Below are positions 1 to 8,807 of a DNA stretch of 64,000 bases, one piece after another. This DNA comes from Candidatus Poribacteria bacterium (lineage in GTDB: Bacteria > Poribacteria > WGA-4E > WGA-3G). Position numbers and translations under genes: made by a program. The notes beneath the pieces are model-generated. The model was not told where the DNA came from. It saw nothing but the letters and a program-made list of their open reading frames with translations, and ran no database searches. Within the stretch, counting starts at the first letter, position 1, and every line of letters begins with the position of its first letter. The stretch covers positions 1,952,001 to 2,016,000 of the forward strand of contig OZ240248.1 in assembly GCA_965198235.1 (NCBI GenBank), given 5' to 3'.

Positions 1-250
1 CGGGGGGACGCATATCAACTTCCATTTTCCCCCAAGTTGTGCCACCGTCCGTCGTCACCAATATTAAACCGTTATCTCCAACGACCAAACCGTTCTGGTT
101 ATTCGTGAAATAAACATCGTGTAACATACCGTCAATGCCGTCCCCGCGGAGGATATCATCTTCCCGCAGGACGGTCCATTCCGCATCGGAGACTGTCGCG
201 AAAGAAAAAAGGATCGCGACTCCGAACAATGCGATAATCGTTTTGATCAT
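1..250 (-). CDS. YCF48/BNR-repeat beta-propeller secreted protein, partial (runs off window start)
   Basis: Manual translation MIKTIIALFGVAILFSFATVSDAEW...LHDVYFTNNQNGLVVGDNGLILVTTDGGTTW: signal peptide plus YCF48/Asp-box repeat; AAGGAG RBS upstream of ATG at 250. Confidence 0.8.
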   Translation of the reverse strand, partial: MIKTIIALFGVAILFSFATVSDAEWTVLREDDILRGDGIDGMLHDVYFTNNQNGLVVGDNGLILVTTDGGTTWGKMEVDMRPP

Positions 251-302
251 GGTAATTCTCCTTTTTATAGATAGACGGCACGACGGGACGTGCCTACTCC
301 CT

Positions 303-2492
303 TTAAATCGACTGAAATGCATCATAAATCTGCCGTGCTCTGTTTTCAACACTCCTTAAGTAGTTTTGACCTATTTGTTCGGTGTAAAGTTCGGTTAACT
401 CGCCACTTGCCTCACCGAAGGCTTTGGCGAAGTTCCGACACTCCTCCTTATCGCCACCAGAGGCGTAGGCTTTGGTTTTCGCATCTGTGCCGGATTTTCG
501 GACTTCAACACACTTATCACGAAACTTGAGATAACTCCCATCCCCGACAAATCTGACATCCTCAAGCGTTGTGAAATCCAAACTCGGAAGCGCATCTGAA
601 AGGATAACGCGTGCTTGTTCCACATCTATTTTCCCGTCGCGGAGGGCAATAGCGATACCGAGAAAAAACAGGTCGTTTTTATCACGTTTTGCCTCGCCTT
701 CGCGTTTCGCTGCACGGAGTTTTTCAGGATTCGGCTCAGACTCGTTGTAATAGGTGATGTCCTCTCTCACGTCACATGTCGCGCTAATTTGACTCTCCGC
801 AAAGACAACGGCGAGATAGTCAGAGAGGGATATATTTGCCTGTTTACAATGTGCAGCAAGTGCGGTAACCAGAACCATGGATTCACCTGCCGATTTTTCA
901 CGCATCGCGATAGCAGTGCGACCACCTTGGCTCTGGATGAGTTCCTCAGGACCGGTAATCATACCGCCGCTCTCTTCACCGGCGAAAATCAGTCGCGGTT
1001 GCACACCGAGTGAGATCGTCTCGCCGTAGACATCTTGAACAACAACCGGTGCGTCTGGCGCGTCAGCCAACTGCCGTTCAATCTTTTTCAGGATCGCGGC
1101 AATTTCCTTGAAACCGACAGGCACGTTAATGACCTTAACATCATTCGCAGCACCCCACTGATCCCAGGCGAGCGCGGAGGGTGTCGTCTTAATCATGAAC
1201 CGTGGATGATCTTCCCAAAGACCGGAAGTTTTGAGTTGCTTGGCGTAGAAGTCCATCAACATGAGAAACGCTTGATTCGGCGTGTAAATCGTCAAGAGTC
1301 GGTCATCACCGAGGTCGAGGAAGTCAACGCCGAGGGACTCCAATATTTCTGATCGTGATGTATCCTCTATCTCACAGACGATAAGCCGATCGCCATCTGG
1401 GTCGGTCGCTTCAATAATGGTCCCGATAGGCTGCGATTTGAGTTTCGTTGCGTAGTCTGTGGATTTGACGACATCAAGGATACTAAAGTCGCAGCCGAGA
1501 TCGTAAAATTCAGTTTCACCCGTTTTCGGATTCCGATCGAGTTTTCCGATGTTGTGATAGAGCGGGTCTGCCTCAACGTGGAGCCAGCGAACGGAGTTAG
1601 CGATTCCCAATCGCTCAAAAATGGCACGCATCGGACGATACATACACCCACCGACGCAATCGACGACGATAGATGGTTTCATCGCTCGGATGAGTTTGAG
1701 ATTCGCATCTGTGGCAACGCCGTCTTTGAGATAGCCGACATAGAGTTGTACACCGTCATGGAGTTCGTCCAGTCGTTCAAAATCGATGTGATCGTCGGTG
1801 GCCGCACTGAACTGAATTGAATAGCCTTCCGTTTCAGCGGTTTTGAGGATCTCTTCAATTTTGTTGACGAATCGCATGGATTCCTCGGGCAGATATTGAC
1901 TTCCCTGATTGTTGAGGTCTTTGGTAGCATTCTTTGTGCTGACGGAGTGGCTTGACGTGACATGTTCGCCACCGTCCAGATCAAGCATGAAAATCAAGAA
2001 GGATGCCATCCAGATGGGCAGCGTACCAAACGATTTCGGCATGTATGTGCGAATCCCTTGTGCAGCTTGGATGCGGGCGATGTATTCGACATATTTCTGT
2101 GAGTTGTAGCGTACCTCACAGCCCACGATTTTCTCAATCTGCTTTCCCTCCGCACTCTCGTTTGCAACAAGGCTTTTACCAAGCGTTGCGAGGGCAATTC
2201 CGATCTGGTTAATCGGGAAACGGGTGTCCCAAGGATACAAAATATTCTGCGGACCTCGGATACCGGCGGTCGAGACTTGTGCTTCCTTCGCGTAGTTACG
2301 AAACCACTCCCAGAGGTTCAAACGCTCAATCAGTTCCTTATCAAGTTGGAACGTGAAAGCATTTGGTTCATCTTGAGGAAAAAGGGCGGGTTTGATAGAA
2401 TCCGGCGTGTTCTGCTCAACCACCGCGAAGAGCTGCTGTTCGGTAAGGTCTCTCTTATGGCGATAGCCTTTGTCAACTGTGATAATCATCAA
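303..2492 (-). CDS. Phosphoglucomutase/phosphomannomutase (alpha-D-phosphohexomutase) family protein
   Basis: STAGIRG N-terminal motif, TSSHS phosphoserine loop, DPDGDR metal loop, GEESGG sugar loop, RKSGT C-terminal phosphate loop. Confidence 0.88.
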   Translation of the reverse strand: MMIITVDKGYRHKRDLTEQQLFAVVEQNTPDSIKPALFPQDEPNAFTFQLDKELIERLNLWEWFRNYAKEAQVSTAGIRGPQNILYPWDTRFPINQIGIALATLGKSLVANESAEGKQIEKIVGCEVRYNSQKYVEYIARIQAAQGIRTYMPKSFGTLPIWMASFLIFMLDLDGGEHVTSSHSVSTKNATKDLNNQGSQYLPEESMRFVNKIEEILKTAETEGYSIQFSAATDDHIDFERLDELHDGVQLYVGYLKDGVATDANLKLIRAMKPSIVVDCVGGCMYRPMRAIFERLGIANSVRWLHVEADPLYHNIGKLDRNPKTGETEFYDLGCDFSILDVVKSTDYATKLKSQPIGTIIEATDPDGDRLIVCEIEDTSRSEILESLGVDFLDLGDDRLLTIYTPNQAFLMLMDFYAKQLKTSGLWEDHPRFMIKTTPSALAWDQWGAANDVKVINVPVGFKEIAAILKKIERQLADAPDAPVVVQDVYGETISLGVQPRLIFAGEESGGMITGPEELIQSQGGRTAIAMREKSAGESMVLVTALAAHCKQANISLSDYLAVVFAESQISATCDVREDITYYNESEPNPEKLRAAKREGEAKRDKNDLFFLGIAIALRDGKIDVEQARVILSDALPSLDFTTLEDVRFVGDGSYLKFRDKCVEVRKSGTDAKTKAYASGGDKEECRNFAKAFGEASGELTELYTEQIGQNYLRSVENRARQIYDAFQSI

Positions 2493-2736
2493 CGCCCTCC
2501 TAACGGAGATAGAAATTTGATAGACATGTTATCACATTTCCACATTTTTTTCAAATCTGAATTTCGGATTTTCCCAGATTCTGTCCAGTAGAAAATGGAG
2601 CCTGAGATGCTATAGAACGGGATTGAGTTCACGTCAATCCTGACTGCCAAAAGCATTTACTTCTTTGTGGAATTGGTGTATACTTAGTAATGTAATAATG
2701 GGTTTTATGTTCTTGTTTACCTTGGAGGAGATCTTG

Positions 2737-3723
2737 ATGAGAAATCCATACCTATTGCTCTTTCTCGTGTTAAGCGTCGCAGTGTTATACGTAAGTGCTT
2801 GCCCTGTGTTGGCAGAAGCACCTACATCAGCGAAAATAGCGTTCTCATCGTGGCGTGATGGGAACCTGGACATTTATCTGATGAATCCCAATGGCAGTGA
2901 GGAGGTGCGACTCACCCATCATCTCGCAAGGGATGCCAGTCCGAAATGGTCTCCGACTGGGGAACGGATTCTTTTTGAATCCGACCGAGATGGTGCTCCA
3001 GGAGACTGGGACCTGTATCTGATGGATCCGGATGGATCCAATGTGCGACGGGTGTTCGAGAAAGAAGCGATCAGAACTTCTCCAACATGGTCCCCAGATG
3101 GTAAACAAATTGCTTACGCGCGTTGGGAGCAGGGCAAGTTCTTTATCTACATCGCGCCAATAGATGGTAAAAAGGAGGAACGCGTCGCGCTCGGCTACTG
3201 GCCGATCTGGTCCCCTGATAGCACTGAGATGGTCTTTCTCACCGGAGTTTTGAACCGACCCAGACGCGTTACCGTGTTCAACTTGAAGACTAAAAACCAG
3301 AAGTTCCTCCCTTTTCCCGACGTGCCAATGTGGGTTCGGCATTATTCGTGGTCTCCAGAGGGCGATAGGCTGGCGTTTGCTTGGTATAATCGTGTTGAGG
3401 TTCGACACGAGGACTTTAAACTGGAGACGATCTATATTGTCAATCGCGATGGCACAGGACTTCAACAGATTATTGAAGAAGGGAAGCGAGCCGTAGAGCC
3501 GGTGTGGTCTCCACGAGGAGACACGCTGATTTATAGTCAACTGGATCGGGGCGATATGCAGCAAATCTTCAAAGTCACGTTGGATGGCGGTGAACCAGTG
3601 CAACTCACCAATCCCAACTTCCGAAATTTTCCAGGAGATTGGTTTGATCCTGCGTTCGCATTGCCAGTCGCACCACAACCCCAACTGGCAACAACGATAT
3701 GGGGACAGATAAAGCAGCAGTAG
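2737..3723 (+). CDS. TolB-like PD40 beta-propeller secreted protein with C-terminal TTIWGQIK motif
   Basis: Signal peptide; repeated PxWSPDG blades; GGAGGAG RBS before ATG 2737 (preferred to the 2665 start). Confidence 0.88.
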   Translation: MRNPYLLLFLVLSVAVLYVSACPVLAEAPTSAKIAFSSWRDGNLDIYLMNPNGSEEVRLTHHLARDASPKWSPTGERILFESDRDGAPGDWDLYLMDPDGSNVRRVFEKEAIRTSPTWSPDGKQIAYARWEQGKFFIYIAPIDGKKEERVALGYWPIWSPDSTEMVFLTGVLNRPRRVTVFNLKTKNQKFLPFPDVPMWVRHYSWSPEGDRLAFAWYNRVEVRHEDFKLETIYIVNRDGTGLQQIIEEGKRAVEPVWSPRGDTLIYSQLDRGDMQQIFKVTLDGGEPVQLTNPNFRNFPGDWFDPAFALPVAPQPQLATTIWGQIKQQ

Positions 3724-3791
3724 CCTTTTTTGATTAACTGAACTGGTGCGCTTCTAAAACGTTCCTGTAGGAAAATTGATGGACGTAAGTG

Positions 3792-5228
3792 CTACCGCTC
3801 CCGTTCCGAGACAAGCAGGTCGAACGAATTGCTCTGCCATCCGCCTTCCATAACGATGTTGTCCCTCGTTTCGCGCAAGCGATTGACCATGCGCGCTTTC
3901 ATACGACGGAGTACGTGTTTGTAACCGAGATGGTTCGCCAAGTTATGGAGTTCGTGTGGATCGCTCTTCATGTCGTAGAGTTCGTCCTCGCTGTACGGGT
4001 TGTAGACATACTTCCACGAATCCGTCCGCACCATCCTGACAGAAGCGAGTGTTGGCTCGTACCCATGAAATTCAGCGAACACGTCATCTGGCCAATCCTC
4101 TACGGTTTCCGCTCGTAACAAAGGCATAATCGATCTGCCATCGAGATTATCAGGGGCTGCTACTCCACCGAGTTCCAAAAACGTCGGCATGAGATCCACA
4201 AGGTTCACAAATTCATCACACGTCGTTCCTTGCGATGTCGCGCCGGGCCACCGGATGACGAGCGGAATGTGGTGTGTCTCTTCGTACATGTGGAACCCCT
4301 TGTTGAAAAGTCGATGGCTGCCGAGCATATCGCCGTGGTCGGTTGAGAAAATGACAACGGTATTCTCCGTTAAACCGTTCACCTCAAGACAGTCGAGAAC
4401 TCGCCGTACCTGATCGTCAATGAAGGTGCAGAATCCCCAGTAAGCCGCGATGACTTTCTGCCAATCTGGCCACGTTAGGTGGCTGGCGTTCCACCGGAGC
4501 ATCTCCTTCTGCTGAATGAGGGGTTTGTTGATGAATTGCTCATCGAAATTGCCCCACCGTTCAATGGTGTCCGGATCGTACATCGTGTCGTAAGGTGCTG
4601 GCACGGCATACGGGAAATGCGGTCCAAAGAAATTCGCGGCAATCATAAACGGTTGTTCAGAATCTGAGTAACCGTTGATTAACTCAATCGTTTTGTCTGC
4701 AGTCCACGCTTCCATTGTCCGTTCGGCGGGGAGCGGGAGTCTTCCATAGAAGGGTGCCTCACCGCCCCACTCATACGGTTGAACGGCATCCCTATCAATT
4801 CGGAAGTCAATCCCGTCGTCGCGGAGCCATTGATGCCACTCGCGGTAGGGATGCCACTTGTCATAACCCCAAAACTCCGTGTCGCCTTCCTTTGCGAGAT
4901 GCCACTTACCGACGCAACTTACCCGATAACCTGCTTCGCCAAGGAGTGTTGGATACGCTGGTTTGTCGAGAATCTGGTTCGCAAACACGCCGTTGAAATT
5001 CCCCATATTTGACAACTGTCCGTGATTATGAGGATAGAGTCCGGTGAGTAGAGACCCACGCGCCGGTGAACAGAGCGCGATGGGAGTGTAGGCGTTCGTA
5101 AACCGCATACCTGTTGCAGCGATTTCATCGACAGCAGGTGTTCTGCAAATCGGTGCTCCGTTGCAACCGAGTGAATCGAAACGTTGCTGATCGGTGAGAA
5201 GAAAGAGAATATTGGGTTGTCGTGCCAT
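3792..5228 (-). CDS. Formylglycine-dependent sulfatase (S1 family)
   Basis: PNILFLLTDQQR, CSPARGSLLTGLY, GKWH, STDHGD motifs. Confidence 0.95.
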   Translation of the reverse strand: MARQPNILFLLTDQQRFDSLGCNGAPICRTPAVDEIAATGMRFTNAYTPIALCSPARGSLLTGLYPHNHGQLSNMGNFNGVFANQILDKPAYPTLLGEAGYRVSCVGKWHLAKEGDTEFWGYDKWHPYREWHQWLRDDGIDFRIDRDAVQPYEWGGEAPFYGRLPLPAERTMEAWTADKTIELINGYSDSEQPFMIAANFFGPHFPYAVPAPYDTMYDPDTIERWGNFDEQFINKPLIQQKEMLRWNASHLTWPDWQKVIAAYWGFCTFIDDQVRRVLDCLEVNGLTENTVVIFSTDHGDMLGSHRLFNKGFHMYEETHHIPLVIRWPGATSQGTTCDEFVNLVDLMPTFLELGGVAAPDNLDGRSIMPLLRAETVEDWPDDVFAEFHGYEPTLASVRMVRTDSWKYVYNPYSEDELYDMKSDPHELHNLANHLGYKHVLRRMKARMVNRLRETRDNIVMEGGWQSNSFDLLVSERER

Positions 5229-5370
5229 TTTTTAATTATTCCTTGCGGAGCAGTGAAGTGCATTCCGTCTATTGCGTGTATTTCTTAAATCTGAAGAAAC
5301 ACCCCACGGAATGCCACACGCGCATTCCGTGTTGATTCGCAAAAACCCTGCTCCGTTGTTGCAGGCTACA
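5229..5370 (-). repeat. GTAG-type REP-derived element ending in CCGCAAGGAATAATTAAAAA, providing the sulfatase RBS
   Basis: Shares CCTGCAACAACGG(A/C)GCAG and CCGCAAGGAAnAATTAAA with 32257-32343; the 3' part also occurs at 8788-8807. Confidence 0.65.
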
Positions 5371-5533
5371 CTTTCGTTTAATGTTTCCAAGATAAAGAAA
5401 CGTCAAAATGCCCAAACATGGTTGAAATTTAACCAGAAACCTGCTCGTAATGAAATTAGGTTTCCTTAAATGGCATAATTTTGCTTCGCAGTGAGAATGC
5501 TTTACATTTGGAGAGCAGTCCAGGGCCCCATAG

Positions 5534-6019
5534 TTAAAAAGGTTCGGAGACGATAGCGATATTCTTCGGTCCCTTGAAGTCGAGCTCAATTCGCTCAAAC
5601 CGGATTGAATGTTGCCGATAGAAATCTTCAATTGCCGTCAACAACTCGTACTGACCACGACGCTGTTCATCCCAGAAGTTGCAACAGGGAATTATCACAG
5701 CAGGTCGAACAAGGGCTGCCTCTCCCAATTGACGCAACGCACCATCGGGATGGAGTCCGACCAACAGGTCATAATAATCTGCTATCTCAGGATCAAACTG
5801 CTCAGGACGGTGATCAATGCCTTTGAGCACTGTGCGGCGCGGATCAATGAGTTCGCATGCAAAGTTTTTCTTCTTGGTGAGAAGGCGAGTTAATATTCCC
5901 TTCCCGCCAGCGACATCGGCAATACAGTGGATTGTATTGCCGTATCGCGCCGCAATGAAGTCGGCGACAACTTCAAATCGCTGCGGATCGCCGTGTACTC
6001 GATGCTGTTCTCTACTCAT
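5534..6019 (-). CDS. Small Rossmann methyltransferase-like protein (Methyltransf_32-like)
   Basis: DVAGGKG motif I, IDPR, VGLHPD and IPCC motifs; 4-bp overlap with the upstream aminopeptidase. Confidence 0.6.
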   Translation of the reverse strand: MSREQHRVHGDPQRFEVVADFIAARYGNTIHCIADVAGGKGILTRLLTKKKNFACELIDPRRTVLKGIDHRPEQFDPEIADYYDLLVGLHPDGALRQLGEAALVRPAVIIPCCNFWDEQRRGQYELLTAIEDFYRQHSIRFERIELDFKGPKNIAIVSEPF

Positions 6020-7128
6020 TTCAAGTTTTCCGGATTCAGTGCCTCCAATACTGGATTAACAAATCGTCCGTCCTTTCGAATAAGATTTCCGTCGAAATAC
6101 ATTTCTCCACCGCCGTGCTCTGGTGTCTGTATCATTACCATATCCCAATGGACAGCCGACCGAACTCCGTTATCCGCTTCCTCGTAAGCCTGACCGGGCG
6201 TGAAGTGGAAAGACCCGGCGATCTTTTCGTCGAACAGGATATCAAGCATCGGGTTCGTGATGTAAGGGTTGAACGCGATGGAAAACTCACCGATATAACG
6301 CGCGCCTTCGTCTGTATCAAGAATATCGTTCAGTCTTTCACTGTTGTTCGCCGCTGCCTCGACAATTTTGCCATCTTCAAAGCGGAGTCGAATGTCAGTA
6401 AACGTCGTTCCCTGATAGATTGTGGGGGTGTTGAAATGGATAGTGCCATTGACTGAATTTCGTACAGGTGCGGTGAAACATTCACCATCGGGGATATTCT
6501 TCTCGCCAGCACAGGGAATAACAGGAATATCCGTGATACTAAACCGGAGATCGGTATCTTCACCGACGATGTGGACTTCATCCGTTTCCTCCATCAGAGA
6601 CTTGAGGGGTCCCATCGCGCGTTCCATTCGGCTGTAGTCAAGCGTGCAAACGTCAAAATAATAATCCTCGAACGCCTCTGTACTCATCTGTGCTTGTTGC
6701 GCCATTGCTGGGAGGGGCCATCGTAGGACAACCCATTTTGTGCGTGGCACCCGGATATCGTTGAGTGGTCGCAGCCAATACTTTTGATAGCGTTGCATTG
6801 CCTCTGATGGGACATCAGACATTTCTGTGATATTATGGCTACCACGAATACCGATATACGCCTGTACCTTTTTTATACGATATATTTCGTATTCACCAAT
6901 CAATTTTATTCCAACATCGTCTCCGCCGAGAACAATTTCACGTTGGATACGGTTCTGTTTGAGTTCCACGAGTGGAATTCCACCCGCGTTCCGAACCGCT
7001 CGGATGAGGGCAATGACCATTTCTTGGGGAATGTCGATACCTTCGATGAGCACAAATTCGCCGGGTTGGATTTTCGTGGAATGGGTTGTGAGAACGTTTG
7101 CGAGTTTATCAAGTCGTGGATCGTGCAT
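6016..7128 (-). CDS. Aminopeptidase, peptidase family M29 (AmpS/AmpT-like)
   Basis: NIPDGECFTAP, ARYIGEFSI, LFDEKI, H-F-T-P-G-Q-A-Y, SAVHWD motifs. Confidence 0.93.
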   Translation of the reverse strand: MHDPRLDKLANVLTTHSTKIQPGEFVLIEGIDIPQEMVIALIRAVRNAGGIPLVELKQNRIQREIVLGGDDVGIKLIGEYEIYRIKKVQAYIGIRGSHNITEMSDVPSEAMQRYQKYWLRPLNDIRVPRTKWVVLRWPLPAMAQQAQMSTEAFEDYYFDVCTLDYSRMERAMGPLKSLMEETDEVHIVGEDTDLRFSITDIPVIPCAGEKNIPDGECFTAPVRNSVNGTIHFNTPTIYQGTTFTDIRLRFEDGKIVEAAANNSERLNDILDTDEGARYIGEFSIAFNPYITNPMLDILFDEKIAGSFHFTPGQAYEEADNGVRSAVHWDMVMIQTPEHGGGEMYFDGNLIRKDGRFVNPVLEALNPENLK

Positions 7129-7250
7129 ATCTACCTCAAAAGTGGTTTTTTAAACTATTGCCTCCTGGGCGTTGCTCCATTACATTCCGCAACGGTTTAT
7201 GGTTAATTTCAACAGGGATCCGGAGCGGTGACGTTTTTTCAAAGCTTTAA

Positions 7251-7284
7251 CCCCTAAATCCCCTATGCCCTTATCAAGGGACTT
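7251..7284. repeat. Short palindromic intergenic repeat of the CCCCTAAATCCCC...CCCTTATCAAGGG type
   Basis: CCCTT-ATC-AAGGG hairpin preceded by CCCCTAAATCCCC, resembling a known dispersed repeat type. Confidence 0.4.
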
Positions 7285-7347
7285 TCCAAGAGGAAGTGCG
7301 TAAATCCTATTCATGTAATAATTCAGGCGTGAGTTTCCTAAGAGGTT

Positions 7348-7953
7348 TCAACCTTCAATATCGTCCGTATGATTTAAGGCGTTTTCTTTCAGAATCCCCA
7401 TTACTTTCCTCGCGAGGGATGCCCACCACATCCTATCCTCCTGGATGCGTAGCAGATGTGTGGCACCCGGTGCATCGTTCGCACCTAAACCCGATTCGAT
7501 AACATCTGTCTGTGGATCGCGTTCAAGCCATTTGGCGATTCTGTTTTCCAAACGTTCAGCAGAACGGATAGCAAAGATATTTACAATCTCCGCCGATTGC
7601 AGATCCAAGAGAAAATCGACGTTCCAGTGCAAGGTTTTTCCCTGTCTCGGCAATAGATTTCCACTTCCCAAACCGCATTTGGCGAATTGGTCTATCATTT
7701 TTTCCCGGATGGTGTGTGGTGGCTTATCACCACTCCGCGTTGCGTGTCGGATAAGTCGTCGCGCCAATGAAGTCGCTCCCTTTTCCGAAAGCGCAGAGCC
7801 GATATAGACATAGTACCCAATAGGCAACGAAATGCGTTTACCTTTCTTGAACCTACCGAATTTTAATGTAGTATTTTCTTTAAGGTGAATCCGTAAGATA
7901 TATGTTCCAACCTGTGAATCATCGCTGATGATTAGGATGCTCGGATTTTTCAT
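7348..7953 (-). CDS. GIY-YIG (Uri) endonuclease, DUF123 family
   Basis: GTYIL...GYYVYIGSA...RRLIRH...LHWNVDFLL. Confidence 0.85.
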   Translation of the reverse strand: MKNPSILIISDDSQVGTYILRIHLKENTTLKFGRFKKGKRISLPIGYYVYIGSALSEKGATSLARRLIRHATRSGDKPPHTIREKMIDQFAKCGLGSGNLLPRQGKTLHWNVDFLLDLQSAEIVNIFAIRSAERLENRIAKWLERDPQTDVIESGLGANDAPGATHLLRIQEDRMWWASLARKVMGILKENALNHTDDIEG

Positions 7954-7969
7954 CGACCCAACCTATAGG

Positions 7970-8197
7970 TTATATTTCTGTCAGCTCTGGGACATGTTCG
8001 TCTTCATATTTTTCAATCAACACACCGATGACTTCCATCAGTGAAGCCAAGGGATGATCTTCATCCTCGCCTACGACATCGATTAAATTGTCCAGTATCT
8101 CCGTTAGCCGTTGATATTCGCTTTGTGCATGAGGAACGAATACAACCTCCGTTAGCATCGGCCATACATTTTGAGCTGTTTGTACTTCCCTTACCAT
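7970..8197 (-). CDS. higA: HigA-type antitoxin, N-terminal domain only (no HTH)
   Basis: EY..L.EILD.LID.VGEDEDHPLASL.EVIGVLIEKYEDEH motif; directly follows higB. Confidence 0.75.
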   Translation of the reverse strand: MVREVQTAQNVWPMLTEVVFVPHAQSEYQRLTEILDNLIDVVGEDEDHPLASLMEVIGVLIEKYEDEHVPELTEI

Positions 8198-8200
8198 GGT

Positions 8201-8488
8201 TCACTCCTTCCATTTGCTTTTATTATATTCGTCGTGTGTTAGCACCGCACGAATATAGACTTTTTGGCGATTGTAGTGTATTGCCGCAATAAGACGCACC
8301 TTGTTGCCACCAATGTTGAAAATTGTTAGTTTTCCGACTCGATCAGCATGAGGAAACACTGTCCGCAGTTCAGCAAATGATCGGAAGCTGCCTCGTTTCA
8401 TTAATCGATACCAACGTTCAAGCGATACTTGGGTATTCCGATGTTTCTGGGCAAACTCATTTAGGCGTTTTCGCGTAATAATATGCAT
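8201..8488 (-). CDS. higB: HigB (RelE-fold) mRNA interferase toxin
   Basis: MHIITRKRL..F...H; FPHADRVG..TIFNIGGNKVRLIAAIHY...KVYIRAVLTHDEY; start set at ATG 8488. Confidence 0.92.
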   Translation of the reverse strand: MHIITRKRLNEFAQKHRNTQVSLERWYRLMKRGSFRSFAELRTVFPHADRVGKLTIFNIGGNKVRLIAAIHYNRQKVYIRAVLTHDEYNKSKWKE

Positions 8489-8690
8489 AAGGTAAAACGG
8501 GGAATCCTTAAGCCGTGGCAGATAGCCATTTTTCAATATCAGACGCATCGATCTTGAGAGTAGTCTATCACAATTCGGAATAGAAGGCAAGTTTTGGCTT
8601 GTGAGCGTCACAGAAAGCACGCGCATATTGTATGTTGAAACAAAAATGAAAATCTATTAGAATAGAATGCGGGCAGGAAAGAAAGTCTGT

Positions 8691-8807
8691 GAATAGCAGT
8701 CAGCCATCAGCAAGAGCGCGTAAGCCCAACTATCGGGCGGGCTGGATAAACGGAAGGGAGTATGATTCCCACGCTCACCTCAACGAACCGCAAGGAAAAT
8801 TAAAAAA
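8691..8807 (+). repeat. Composite intergenic repeat (GAATAGCAGTCAGCCATCAG plus CCGCAAGGAAAATTAAAAAA RBS module)
   Basis: 20-mer identical to 53003-53022; 3' end matches the RBS modules at 5229 and 32257. Confidence 0.6.

Noticed and set aside
2845-3684. 279-aa antisense ORF, and similar shadow ORFs (e.g. 52256-52903, 42560-43150, 22189-22765, 48541-49068)
   Set aside because: They lie opposite well-supported genes and have no recognisable motifs
5269-5631. 120-aa minus-strand and 65-aa plus-strand ORFs
   Set aside because: Overlap a repeat element and the sulfatase upstream region; no motifs
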